A stretch of DNA of 63,501 bases, counting the filler, from an uncultured Methanosarcinales archaeon (lineage in GTDB: Archaea > Nanobdellota > Nanobdellia > Woesearchaeales > DSVV01), in assembly GCA_964593285.1 (NCBI GenBank). It is 4 parts of 4 records of this genome, joined end to end, with 100 filler letters (N's around TTAATTAATTAA, not from the genome) between each part and the next. Parts side by side here need not be neighbours in the genome. Positions count along the whole stretch, not along the records: positions 44,941 to 63,501 come from CAZQHZ010000020.1; 3 more parts are not named here. One strand, 5' to 3'. How positions within the stretch are numbered: the first letter of the stretch is position 1; each line of letters begins with the position of its first letter. The translations under genes and the position numbers were made by a program. This document shows positions 50,064-59,884 of this stretch, piece after piece. A model generated the notes under the pieces. That model saw only the letters and a list, made by a program, of their open reading frames with translations. It did not search any database and was not told the DNA's origin.

Positions 50064-51476
50064 TTAAAAAGTGCAAAGTCCAGTAAATTCTAAAAATCTA
50101 TAAATTAAATATTTAATTTTACTTGTATCTTTATATGCTTCATAATGTAATGTATTTTGATTTATTTTTTCAAAAAATAAAAATATATCATTTGTAAAAT
50201 TGGTATTTATTGGCGATATTATTTTAACATTTGTTTCAAGATTATAATTATTTAAATTTCGTCTTGTAAAATTTGCAGAACCACCATGAACAATTATTTT
50301 ATCTTCTTTTATAATAACTAATATTTTAGCATGAAACTGCTCACCGTGTGTATCATACCATCTAATGTTTATGTTATCTAATCTTTCTAATTCATATGCA
50401 ACTTGTCTATTTGGAATTCCATTTTTTTCTCGACCAAATGAATCTTTATTTGGATCTAGTATAATATCAATAGTAACACCTCTTTTTGCTGCATTTTTTA
50501 ATGATTTAATCAATTTTCTATCTGAAATATAAAACACTGCAATTTGAATTTTTTCTCCACTTTTTGTTTCATCAATATCTTTGATCATTGCTTTTTTAAT
50601 TGCATTTTCTGTTAATAATTGTACACTTATATTTCCAGATTCATTTGTTTGCTTAATTACTGGTTTTTTAAAGTCAGCAATTATATTTTCTGTAAAGATA
50701 ATATCTTTTGCAATTTGGCCATTTATTTTAAATCCAATATTTGAATGAAGACTACTTGGATTGTGTGGGTTTGCTGAAATTATAAATGAAGTATAACTTT
50801 CATCACTATCCATAACTCCTATTTTTCTATGATTTGCTTTAAAATTTAATAAAGATAGAAGTGATCTGATTGTAACTTTTTGATTTAAATCACCAAATGG
50901 ATGTTTTATTATACCACTGCCTTTAGTTGGAATCCATTGTAAGAAAGGATAATAAATACCACTCCATAAAATGTTACTTTGTCTTAATTTAGATAAATCT
51001 GTTATATATACTTCAATATTTTTTGATTTTGCAGTTTCTAATGGAATTGATTTATGTGAACCATAAAAAGTATTTATTGGGTCAGTTATTAATACTTTTT
51101 TAATATTTTTATCTTTATTGTATGAATAAATTAATTGTTCTGTTAAATTAATGTATTTATCATTTGGTTTATAATTTGTATTTAGTAAAAACATATCTAA
51201 AATTATAAATTCTTTTGCGTTTTTCATTGAATTAAAAAGAGTTTTAAAAATAGTTTGATTTATGTTATCTTTGTAAGTAATATCATATAAAAATTTAATA
51301 TCATTATCAGAAATATTATAAATCTTACCTTCATATGAGAAATATTTATTGTAAGGTTTTATTGAAAGATAAATTATATTTAAGAATAAAATTAAAATTA
51401 TGCTAATTAAAATTGTTTTAAATTTATTTTTTTTAATTATTTTTTTTAAGTTTTTAAATTTTTGATTTTTTTTCAT
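50064..51476 (-). CDS. Membrane-anchored phospholipase D family protein
   Basis: N-terminal TM; NHRKIGVMD...SANPH and FHAK...GSANFT. Confidence 0.9.
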   Translation of the reverse strand: MKKNQKFKNLKKIIKKNKFKTILISIILILFLNIIYLSIKPYNKYFSYEGKIYNISDNDIKFLYDITYKDNINQTIFKTLFNSMKNAKEFIILDMFLLNTNYKPNDKYINLTEQLIYSYNKDKNIKKVLITDPINTFYGSHKSIPLETAKSKNIEVYITDLSKLRQSNILWSGIYYPFLQWIPTKGSGIIKHPFGDLNQKVTIRSLLSLLNFKANHRKIGVMDSDESYTSFIISANPHNPSSLHSNIGFKINGQIAKDIIFTENIIADFKKPVIKQTNESGNISVQLLTENAIKKAMIKDIDETKSGEKIQIAVFYISDRKLIKSLKNAAKRGVTIDIILDPNKDSFGREKNGIPNRQVAYELERLDNINIRWYDTHGEQFHAKILVIIKEDKIIVHGGSANFTRRNLNNYNLETNVKIISPINTNFTNDIFLFFEKINQNTLHYEAYKDTSKIKYLIYRFLEFTGLCTF

Positions 51477-51589
51477 ATTTATTTATTTTTTATTTTTATT
51501 AATTATTAAATATTTTGTTTATTTTGTAAATTAATTTAATTTTAAAAAAATCGTAAGTTATAAATAATAAATATCATTACTACTATAAA

Positions 51590-52585
51590 ATGAATAATAA
51601 AACTGATTATATTTATTCTGTTTTTAAAAATTTTAAACCTCATCATTGGTATCAAAATGAAAAACCAATTTATTCTATAAAACGTGAGCATGGTATAAAT
51701 GCAAGTTATCAATTACATAATATAAATGATAAAATAAATGAAAATTTAGAAGATTTAGATAAAATTATTTTAGAATATAAATTTAAAAATTTAAGTTATT
51801 CTTTATATAATATTAACGATTTATTAAATGGGAATTTTAAATTTGATTATGAGCATCAGGGAAATATAGTTGGCGATATTGCTGAAAGAATCTCTAGAAG
51901 AATTACTAAATATTTTTTAAGAACATATTCTGCTCATGGAAAACCAGGTGGAATTTTTGATAAAAGTTTTGATCCAAAAAATAGAGAAGGTTTTATTGTT
52001 GCAAATACAAAAGATTATATTTTAAAAATTCAAAAATATCCAAATCTAGTCATTTTAAAAAAAACAGGACATGGAAAAAAATTTGGTTATGAGAATATTA
52101 AAGAAATAGATGGTTTATTTGATTATCGATACTTTAGAAAAAGAAATATTGTTATTTTAGAAAGCAAGGTTGATAGACTAAATATTAATGAAAATAATTT
52201 AGTTAATAATTTATTTAAGCCTTTAAATGAATTTTTTCCAAATTGCTATTTTACTTATGCTTTATTTACAACAAAAGATGCTCTTTATTCAAAAAATAGA
52301 CATAGAAAAAAACGAAAATTGCTAAATAAACCAATAAAAATTTATGAAACTTTAAAAAAAAATGATATTGCAACTCTTTTTTTTAGTTTTAATGAATCAA
52401 AAGAAGATTTGAATAAAATGAAAGATCATTTAATAACACAATATAGATTATTAAACAATTTAAATATAACCCTGCAGCATAAAACCATAGTCTCAAATGA
52501 TGAAATTATAATTTATGATGCAGGTAAAAGGCCTCTAAAAAAATTAATTAAAGATAAAAACACCGGTTTTTGGATAGATAATTAA
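51590..52585 (+). CDS. Hypothetical protein with PD-(D/E)XK nuclease-like motif
   Basis: GDIAE...EIDGLF...VILESK. Confidence 0.55.
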   Translation: MNNKTDYIYSVFKNFKPHHWYQNEKPIYSIKREHGINASYQLHNINDKINENLEDLDKIILEYKFKNLSYSLYNINDLLNGNFKFDYEHQGNIVGDIAERISRRITKYFLRTYSAHGKPGGIFDKSFDPKNREGFIVANTKDYILKIQKYPNLVILKKTGHGKKFGYENIKEIDGLFDYRYFRKRNIVILESKVDRLNINENNLVNNLFKPLNEFFPNCYFTYALFTTKDALYSKNRHRKKRKLLNKPIKIYETLKKNDIATLFFSFNESKEDLNKMKDHLITQYRLLNNLNITLQHKTIVSNDEIIIYDAGKRPLKKLIKDKNTGFWIDN

Positions 52586-52642
52586 AAAAATCAAAAAGCA
52601 TTTAAATAATTGCTTTATTTTGAATTTAAAGTAAATATTTTT

Positions 52643-52767
52643 ATGTAGTAGTGTATTGTCTGCGAATGGTTTCACCCTTTTAAAAACCCAAAAAAACATT
52701 TTCGCTTGGCTTACTACATTTTCCGCTGTAGCTTCGGAGGTGTGTTTCGCTTTGCTCAAGCACACTC
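52643..52767. ncRNA. Unassigned GC-richer structured element (ncRNA or REP/MITE-like)
   Basis: Complementary pairs ATGTAGTA/TACTACAT, GCGAA/TTCGC, GTGTG/CACAC, TCCG/CGGA. Confidence 0.4.
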
Positions 52768-52799
52768 AAAAAATATAAAGTAAAAAAATAGTTAAATAT

Positions 52800-52860
52800 A
52801 ATTAATAAATAATAATAAATAATAATAATAATAAATAATAATAATAATAATAATAATAAA
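52800..52860. repeat. Imperfect (AAT)n microsatellite
   Basis: aataataat run upstream of the tRNA. Confidence 0.8.
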
Positions 52861-52867
52861 CCAATTT

Positions 52868-52990
52868 GCCGCGGTCGCATAGTCTGGTATTGCGCAGGAT
52901 TGCTAAGAACTTTTGTTTTTATGATTACCTCACAATATCCGCAAAGATCCTGTTCCTTTGGAATCGTGGGTTCAAATCCCACCCGCGGCG
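52868..52990 (+). tRNA. tRNA-Ser(GCT) with 41-nt intron (52906-52946) at position 37/38
   Basis: Acceptor GCCGCGG/CCGCGGC, anticodon stem CAGGA/TCCTG, variable arm TTCC-TTT-GGAA, T arm GTGGG-TTCAAAT-CCCAC, G discriminator, T-run after; BHB helix TTGC/GCAA. Confidence 0.95.
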
Positions 52991-53046
52991 TTTTTTCAAT
53001 TTTATAAAAAGTTTTATATATATAATTATTATTTATTACATATATA

Positions 53047-54792
53047 ATGCATTTTAAAAAATCTCAAATCACAATTTTCATAATTCTTGGACTAATTATA
53101 TTTTTTATAATAGTTTTATTTTATATGTTATTTAAAAATATAGAAACACAAGAAATTGAAAATAAAGTATCTACTTCAGCTAATGATCCTGCAGATTTTA
53201 ATAGTGTTGAAAATTTTATAAAACATTGTGTTGAGGAAGTTCCAATTGAAGGACTTATAAAATTAGGAATGCAAGGTGGTTATATTGACATACCAGAAGT
53301 TATTAATTATGATGATAAAAGTTTTTGGTATGTAGATCAAATCAATATACAACCATCGTTAAATCAAACTTTAGTTAGATTAAAAGATTATGTAGAAGAA
53401 AATTTAGTAATTTGTTCTGATTTTGATAGATTATCTAATTTGTATAACATGGATATAAAATATGAAAAACCAAATGTAACTATTTTTTTCTCAAGAGATA
53501 AAGTTTATTTTGATATAAATTATTCAATTACAGTTAGTCGAGATGAATATGTTAATAAATTAGATTCTTTTAGTACTTCTTATGATTTAAAATATCGAGA
53601 AATTTTTGAAATGGCCTCGCTTTTATTAAATAATCAATTAAAACCAGAATTTAATATTTCAAATCCACTAAAAGATATTGCATCATCAAATTTTTATATT
53701 ACACAAGAAAGACCAAGAAGTGACATTTTAGTTTATACAATCATTCCTCGTGTACAATTAGAAGATGGCAGAAATTATGTTTTTAATTTTGCTAGTAAGT
53801 TTGGAAGGAGTGATTTAGCAAGATCAGTAAAATTACATGATAATAGTAGAACTTCGGGCGTAGTTTTCCCATATGTTATATTTTCAATTGATAGGATGGC
53901 TCAATTATTTATACTAAGTGAAACTAGAATGGAGTTAGATGGAAAAGATGTTGAAGATATTACTGTGAGACAATTTTACCCAGAAGAAGTAGTAAGGGAA
54001 GATATAACTATACATTTAACAGTTTATGGTGAGGATAAAGATTCAGAGAGAGTTACACAAGATAAAATTTGGGAAACAAAATATCCAATTTATCAATTTG
54101 AGCCAACAGGTTTAAAATTTAATAATCCACAAAGGTTAGTTTTATATTGGGATGATGAATTATTACCACGAAAAGGAGAAATGGGTATAATTTATAATAA
54201 TGGTAGTGGCTGGGTTCCAATCCCATCAGCTGCAAATTATGATTCAAATTTTTTATATACAGATATTGAAGGATTTAGTGAATATACTTTAATTGATTGT
54301 GGAGAATTAGAAAAAGATAAATTAACTGTTAAAGGAGTAATTGATCCAGGATCAGGTTGTTTTGTTAGATTAATCGTAATCGCCGCAGTAATCGCAGTTG
54401 TAACTATTATGACTGCCGGTGCAGGGGGTGTTTTGGTTGGTAGTAGTACTTCTACTAGTGCTTTTTCTTTTGCCACAACTTTTAGTGCAATGAGTACTAC
54501 AGTTAAAGTTGCAATTTTAGCTGGTTCGTTAGTTGGTGGGGCTGCAATTAATGCTGCTATTGGTTTTGGAGAGGATGATAATTCAATTAATTTTGTTTCA
54601 ACATGTAAACAAGATTTAACAATAACTGAAAAATTAGATGGTTCAGAAGGAAAATGCCATCCAGATAAAGGTACATACAATGCGAAAGCTGGAGAAGTTA
54701 TAGTACTTGCATCAAAAATAAAAAAATGCACGGGTTTTTCAAGTTACATTTGTGGTTCATGTAGTCTTGAATGTTCAACGGAGTTTATTTAA
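53047..54792 (+). CDS. Class III signal peptide protein with ZU5-like domain and Gly/Ala-rich hydrophobic hairpin
   Basis: KKS/QITIFIILGLIIFFII; LGMQGG; YQFEPTGLKFNNP...GWVPIPS...FSEY; Cys-flanked hydrophobic stretch. Confidence 0.8.
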   Translation: MHFKKSQITIFIILGLIIFFIIVLFYMLFKNIETQEIENKVSTSANDPADFNSVENFIKHCVEEVPIEGLIKLGMQGGYIDIPEVINYDDKSFWYVDQINIQPSLNQTLVRLKDYVEENLVICSDFDRLSNLYNMDIKYEKPNVTIFFSRDKVYFDINYSITVSRDEYVNKLDSFSTSYDLKYREIFEMASLLLNNQLKPEFNISNPLKDIASSNFYITQERPRSDILVYTIIPRVQLEDGRNYVFNFASKFGRSDLARSVKLHDNSRTSGVVFPYVIFSIDRMAQLFILSETRMELDGKDVEDITVRQFYPEEVVREDITIHLTVYGEDKDSERVTQDKIWETKYPIYQFEPTGLKFNNPQRLVLYWDDELLPRKGEMGIIYNNGSGWVPIPSAANYDSNFLYTDIEGFSEYTLIDCGELEKDKLTVKGVIDPGSGCFVRLIVIAAVIAVVTIMTAGAGGVLVGSSTSTSAFSFATTFSAMSTTVKVAILAGSLVGGAAINAAIGFGEDDNSINFVSTCKQDLTITEKLDGSEGKCHPDKGTYNAKAGEVIVLASKIKKCTGFSSYICGSCSLECSTEFI

Positions 54793-54794
54793 AA

Positions 54795-56225
54795 ATGATA
54801 AAAAAAGTAAATTATAAAATTTTAGTAACCCTACTATTATTTATTGTATTTTCAATTTATGTAATTTCAAATTCTCATATAAATCTTAAATTAGAACAAA
54901 CAGGAAGTGGATGCTGTGAAGATGTATGTAAAGAATTAAAAGAAAGTGATTGTCCTGGAAAATACCATCATGGTAAATCTTGCTTTGAAATAAATGAATG
55001 TAATGTTGGTTGTTGTATTGATAATGAGGGGTATTGTTTTAGTAATTATTTAGAAGGGAATTGTATTAAAAACGGATTTACTTTCATTTCAGAACATGAA
55101 TGCGACAATCATTTTGAATGTTTATTTACTAATGAAGATTCTTTAGTCGGATTTACTGGTTTAAATGTAAATAAAAAAGAAGATGCATCAGATTCTGTCG
55201 TTTCATATATTGAATCAAATACTCATACTAAAGGTGATAAATTTACAATTAAATACATGGCTCCTTTTAGTACTAACAAAGATGTTAAAGCAAGAATTAA
55301 TTATGATGGATATGAAAAAACAATAAAACTATACGATGATGGAATGCATGATGATGGAAATAAAGATGATGGTTTATATGCTGGAAAATGGGATTCTTCT
55401 GATTATTTGCATGTACATGGAATACAAAAAATTCCATATTCAATTATTGTTGATGGAGAATTAGTTGAAAATACTAATTTTAATATAATTATATCTTCAA
55501 ACACATGTAGCCCTTTAGTAAATCAATTTAATAAAAGTAATAGAAACATTATTTTTATTATCTCATCAGATGTTGATGAATTTAGTGATTATAAAGAAGT
55601 TGCATACTTTATTTTAAATTCAATTGTGAGATTAAATGCTTTAAGTATAAACGATTACAATTATTTAATTGTTAATACACCAATTGGTTTAAGTGATGTA
55701 AATTTTGCTAAAAATTTTATTGAATCAAGCTGTACGAATGATTATAATCCATCTAGAGATTTTGTTTTTTTTATTGATAAAAATTATAATAAATGCACTA
55801 TTAATTCAAGATTTATCCATTTAAGTCCAATGTTTTTTATTAATAGTAATAAAATTCGAGAATATGATAATTATCTAGATTTAATGAATAATTTTTGCGA
55901 TGTTATAATTTTAGAAGATGAACTAAATGCTACATTAAACCCACAGCCATACAATGCAACAGTTACAATAAATCATCCACTAAATCATGAAACATATAGT
56001 CAAAATCTACTTGAAGTAAATTTCACAATAACTCATAATTCAGATGATGATTTAGAATTTGAAATTTTTGATGAAGGTGTTTTATTGCATACGGGTTATA
56101 GCAATAAAAGCGAAAATTTTAGTTTTGATTTTAATTTTGATCAAGGAAGCCATAGAATTTGGATTGAAGTTGATTTAGAATATGAAATGTATATATCTAA
56201 TTTTGTAGAATTTGCTGTTAGTTAA
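54795..56225 (+). CDS. Exported Cys-rich protein with choice-of-anchor-X-like Asp/Gly motif
   Basis: N-terminal TM; GCC...GCC repeats; LYDDGMHDDGNKDDGLYAG; C-terminal Ig-like segment. Confidence 0.75.
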   Translation: MIKKVNYKILVTLLLFIVFSIYVISNSHINLKLEQTGSGCCEDVCKELKESDCPGKYHHGKSCFEINECNVGCCIDNEGYCFSNYLEGNCIKNGFTFISEHECDNHFECLFTNEDSLVGFTGLNVNKKEDASDSVVSYIESNTHTKGDKFTIKYMAPFSTNKDVKARINYDGYEKTIKLYDDGMHDDGNKDDGLYAGKWDSSDYLHVHGIQKIPYSIIVDGELVENTNFNIIISSNTCSPLVNQFNKSNRNIIFIISSDVDEFSDYKEVAYFILNSIVRLNALSINDYNYLIVNTPIGLSDVNFAKNFIESSCTNDYNPSRDFVFFIDKNYNKCTINSRFIHLSPMFFINSNKIREYDNYLDLMNNFCDVIILEDELNATLNPQPYNATVTINHPLNHETYSQNLLEVNFTITHNSDDDLEFEIFDEGVLLHTGYSNKSENFSFDFNFDQGSHRIWIEVDLEYEMYISNFVEFAVS

Positions 56226-56303
56226 TTTTTTTTAAAATTTTATCAAAAGATTTTTAAATGACTTAATTTTCTAGAAATTATAAAATTTTTGGAGGATATA
56301 AAA

Positions 56304-56561
56304 ATGGAAAATAATGAATGTTGTTCAAATACAGATGATTGCTGTGATGTTGAAGATCAAGAAATGCAAATGGAAGAAATTATTTCAGAAAATAATGTAG
56401 TATTAAATTCTTTAATTGATTTATTAATTGAAAAAAAAATAATTTCAGAAGAAGATTTACAAAAAAAAATTGATGAGATGGATAGCGAATTAGAAGATGA
56501 ATGTGATAGTAAATTAGATGATATTGAAGAAAAAATTGATGAAGAATTAGAAACAAAATAA
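56304..56561 (+). CDS. Small acidic hypothetical protein
   Basis: GGAGG SD; LNSLIDLLIEKKIISEED. Confidence 0.7.
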   Translation: MENNECCSNTDDCCDVEDQEMQMEEIISENNVVLNSLIDLLIEKKIISEEDLQKKIDEMDSELEDECDSKLDDIEEKIDEELETK

Positions 56562-56632
56562 TTTTTTTTTTATTTTAATTACACTGGACATTTTACCGTA
56601 TAATTTTTAAATATTCTAAATAAAATCATTTT

Positions 56633-57391
56633 ATGATAAAAAATAGTTTTATTTTTCTTGACAAAATTAGTTTTAAAAAAGAAAAATTTTTATGGGATAG
56701 TAATATTAAAGACTGGAATAGTTTTATAAAAACAAAAAAAATAAAAAATATTTCAAAAAAATTTAAAACTTTTTATGATTTAAAATTAAAAGAAGCATCA
56801 AATGCATTAATTGAAAATAATTCAAGTTATTTTTATGATAAATTTTCTTTTGCAAATAGTTATAGATTATTTGATTATTTTAGTGATGAAGCTGTTTTTA
56901 TTGATATTGAAGTAACTGGTGTTAAAAGATTCGATGATATTATTGCAATTGGTTTATTTGATGGTTTTGATTATAAATTAATGATAAAAAATGTTAATTT
57001 AGATATGAATTTTTTTTTTCAAGAAATGAAAAAATATAAAATTATTGTATCTTTTAACGGTTCTTGTTTTGATATACCCTTTATCAAAAAAAGATATAAA
57101 AATATTATTCCAAAAATTCCAATAATTGATTTAAAATATTTAGCTTTAAAATTAGGGTTTAGTGGTGGTTTAAAAAACATAGAAAAACAACTTAAAATTA
57201 ATAGAAATATCATTGTTAATAGAATTAGAGGAGGCGATCCCTATAGGCTGTGGAAAATGTATTTTGCAAGTGGGGATAAATACTATTTAAAAATATTAAA
57301 AGAATATAATGAATATGATACTATTAATTTAAAAGATATAACTACTATTTTAATAAAAAAAATGAAGGAAGAATTAAGTTTTAAAATTTAA
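56633..57391 (+). CDS. YprB/RNase_H_2 family exonuclease
   Basis: FIDIEVTG, SFNGSCFDIPF, GGLKNIEKQL, YNEYD. Confidence 0.88.
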   Translation: MIKNSFIFLDKISFKKEKFLWDSNIKDWNSFIKTKKIKNISKKFKTFYDLKLKEASNALIENNSSYFYDKFSFANSYRLFDYFSDEAVFIDIEVTGVKRFDDIIAIGLFDGFDYKLMIKNVNLDMNFFFQEMKKYKIIVSFNGSCFDIPFIKKRYKNIIPKIPIIDLKYLALKLGFSGGLKNIEKQLKINRNIIVNRIRGGDPYRLWKMYFASGDKYYLKILKEYNEYDTINLKDITTILIKKMKEELSFKI

Positions 57392-58824
57392 ATCCATTCT
57401 TTTTTTTCTTTTTTGATAAATAATTCTGTTTCTTTTGGGGGTTTATCTCCTGCATTATAATTTGGAAATTTTGTTTTTTTATTATTTAATAATTTTTTTA
57501 AATTTAAAGAAAATAAAGATAATATTTCAAGTTCTTTAAGTGTTTTAAATCTTACTTTTTCAGAAATTATTATATCATAAATTATTTCTTCATAAAAGTC
57601 GATCATCTCTTTTTTGTTAATTTTAGATTTTAAAATAACTTCATTTTCAGTTTTATCTTCTGTTTTAGTAATTAAATTTAAATTTATTCCAATATATTCT
57701 TCTGGGAATATATTAAAAGTAATAATATTATTTTTTTCTTTAAAATTTAATGAATTGTTTTTACTCTCTTTTAATATAAATTCAATTTTGATTAAATCAT
57801 ATAGTGCTTTTGCAGATCTAATGTAAAAAGGGACATTTTTCCAATTTTTATCTTTTGTCTTTAATTTAACTAAACAAAAAGTTTCAGTTTTTGATTCTTT
57901 TAATTTTGTATCTTGTTTTTTATATGCTAAAATTTTTTTATCATTAATTTTTCCATTTCCATATTGTCCAAATACTACATCTTTTATTGTAGGTTTAGAA
58001 ATATTTTTTAAAAAATTAATAGTTTCTTTTTTAATTGCATCTTCATTACAATTTTTTAATGAATTTAATGTTATATAATTCATTAAATCTAATCCATAAC
58101 TTGTAATTACATGATTTATTTCTCCAAATTCATCATAATTATTAATGTTTGTTGTATCATTTTTTGAAAAAAGAGTTATTTGTACATTGTCTATACATTC
58201 ATTATTCATAACTTTTCCAATTATAGGATTTTTATTTTTTAAATAAATTAAATTTTCAAGAATATTCTTACTAGGAGCGTTAGTTATTCTAAATATGTCA
58301 TCTTCTTTTGTAATTTCATTTAAATTTTTGTTTATCTTTTTTGTTTTTTCAAAGTTATCAAAAAAATTATTTTCATATGAAACTCTAGTCCATCCTCTAC
58401 CCAAAGTGATTTTACTTTTTTTTATATTTTCAATTAATTGTTCAAAATTATCTTCTAAATCCAAAAATAATAAAATTTTATTTCCTTTACAATTATTAAC
58501 TTTATCAAGTCTTGAAACTGATGATACTAATGATGTATAATCTTTTGATTCTATATCATGTTTTACATAATTTATTAGTTGCAAAAAACCAGATAAAATA
58601 TTAGTATTAACAAACGGTAAATTTTTTTCAGCTTCAATTAAATCAATATAGTTACTTTTAGTCATCTTTTCTTTTCCAACACAAAGAATAGGGGTTGTTT
58701 GTGAAACATATCCTGTTTCATATAATTTGTATAATGCAGGAATTATATTTTTTTTAATATGATTCGTTAGTGCTCCAAATATTATTATCATATGATTTTG
58801 TATTTTTACTTTCTGTTGAAACAT
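57388..58824 (-). CDS. zwf: Glucose-6-phosphate dehydrogenase homolog with degenerate active site
   Basis: IIFG, IPALY, IDNVQIT, FGQY, TETF, WKNVPFYIR; signature RIDHYLGK appears as RITNAPSK. Confidence 0.8.
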   Translation of the reverse strand: MFQQKVKIQNHMIIIFGALTNHIKKNIIPALYKLYETGYVSQTTPILCVGKEKMTKSNYIDLIEAEKNLPFVNTNILSGFLQLINYVKHDIESKDYTSLVSSVSRLDKVNNCKGNKILLFLDLEDNFEQLIENIKKSKITLGRGWTRVSYENNFFDNFEKTKKINKNLNEITKEDDIFRITNAPSKNILENLIYLKNKNPIIGKVMNNECIDNVQITLFSKNDTTNINNYDEFGEINHVITSYGLDLMNYITLNSLKNCNEDAIKKETINFLKNISKPTIKDVVFGQYGNGKINDKKILAYKKQDTKLKESKTETFCLVKLKTKDKNWKNVPFYIRSAKALYDLIKIEFILKESKNNSLNFKEKNNIITFNIFPEEYIGINLNLITKTEDKTENEVILKSKINKKEMIDFYEEIIYDIIISEKVRFKTLKELEILSLFSLNLKKLLNNKKTKFPNYNAGDKPPKETELFIKKEKKEWI

Positions 58825-58894
58825 TTAGTTTTCACCCCATATTTTATCTTATTATCTTTTTTAAATGTTCTATTATATAATATTTTTGATTTTT

Positions 58895-59884
58895 CTAAGC
58901 ATTTTTATTCTTAAATGCAAAAGCTGCACCTTTTAGTCCAATATCATAGTTAATTATTCCAATAATTGGTATATTTTTTAATATTTGACTATATTCCTCA
59001 TGTTTTATAAATTCATTTATAAAATTCTTATTAAATAATTCTTTATTTTTTGAAAATATTCCTCCTGCTAGATATAAACCACTAACACAATAGCTATTTA
59101 AAGCAATATTTTTCGCACACCTTGCATAAAATTTGATAAAATTATCTAATGTAATTTTTGAACATTTATTTGTTTTAATTGTATTAGAAATTTCACTTGC
59201 AGTTAATTTGTTTGGAATATTTTTATTATTTTTAAAATTTTTAATTTTATAATATTGATATAAAGATTCTATTCCTTTTCCAGAAACAATATCTTGTTGT
59301 CTTAAAAATGTTTTATTTTTTTGTTTTGCTTTAATAAATTTATAAATTTCAAATTCTTTTTTATTTTTAATTGCAAAATCACAATGTCCTCCTTCAGACC
59401 TTATTGGAATATAATATTTATTCTTTTTGTCAAAGTAAAGAATTGTTTTTCCAAGACCAGTTCCTGCACCAATTATTGCTTTAGTATCATTTTTTATTCT
59501 TTTTCCTTTATTAATAATTATTTTATCTTTTAAATTTATTTTATTTATTGCAAAACCAACAGCTTCAAAATCATTTATAAATAAAATATTTTTTAATTTA
59601 GTTTTTTTTAGTATTTTTTTTTTATCTATAATGATATTTCCATTTGTTATTTTAACCCTATCTGATTTATTGACAGGTCCTGCAAGTGCAAATACTGCAT
59701 TTGTTATGTTTTTTATTTTTGATCTATTTAAAAAATTATTAATTAAAATAGAAATATCCTTTATTTTTTTTGTTAAATGTTTTTCTTTATAAATAATGTT
59801 TAAATTTTTTATATTAATAATTGCAAAAGTAGAATTAGTTCCACTAATATCTGCAGTAAATATATTATATTCTATGTTATCCAT
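58895..59884 (-). CDS. glk: Bacterial-type glucokinase
   Basis: ADISGTN, AGPV, INDFEA, GAGTGLG, SEGGH, YLAGGI. Confidence 0.92.
   Translation of the reverse strand: MDNIEYNIFTADISGTNSTFAIINIKNLNIIYKEKHLTKKIKDISILINNFLNRSKIKNITNAVFALAGPVNKSDRVKITNGNIIIDKKKILKKTKLKNILFINDFEAVGFAINKINLKDKIIINKGKRIKNDTKAIIGAGTGLGKTILYFDKKNKYYIPIRSEGGHCDFAIKNKKEFEIYKFIKAKQKNKTFLRQQDIVSGKGIESLYQYYKIKNFKNNKNIPNKLTASEISNTIKTNKCSKITLDNFIKFYARCAKNIALNSYCVSGLYLAGGIFSKNKELFNKNFINEFIKHEEYSQILKNIPIIGIINYDIGLKGAAFAFKNKNA

Noticed and set aside
52643..52767. 5S rRNA, SRP RNA, RNase P RNA, hammerhead ribozyme or c-di-GMP riboswitch
   Set aside because: Conserved cores (CCGAAC/GUUAAG, SRP helix 8, GGAAAGUCC, CUGAUGA, GGGACGCAAAGC) not found on either strand
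52680..53057. ORFs 52680..52982(-) and 52866..53057(+)
   Set aside because: They overlap the tRNA and the AAT microsatellite; MGFEPT is the typical antisense-tRNA artefact
54237..54731. 164-aa antisense ORF, and similar shadow ORFs (12900-, 16343-, 20887-, 39020+, 41261-, 42905- etc.)
   Set aside because: Lie opposite or inside well-supported genes and have no recognisable motifs
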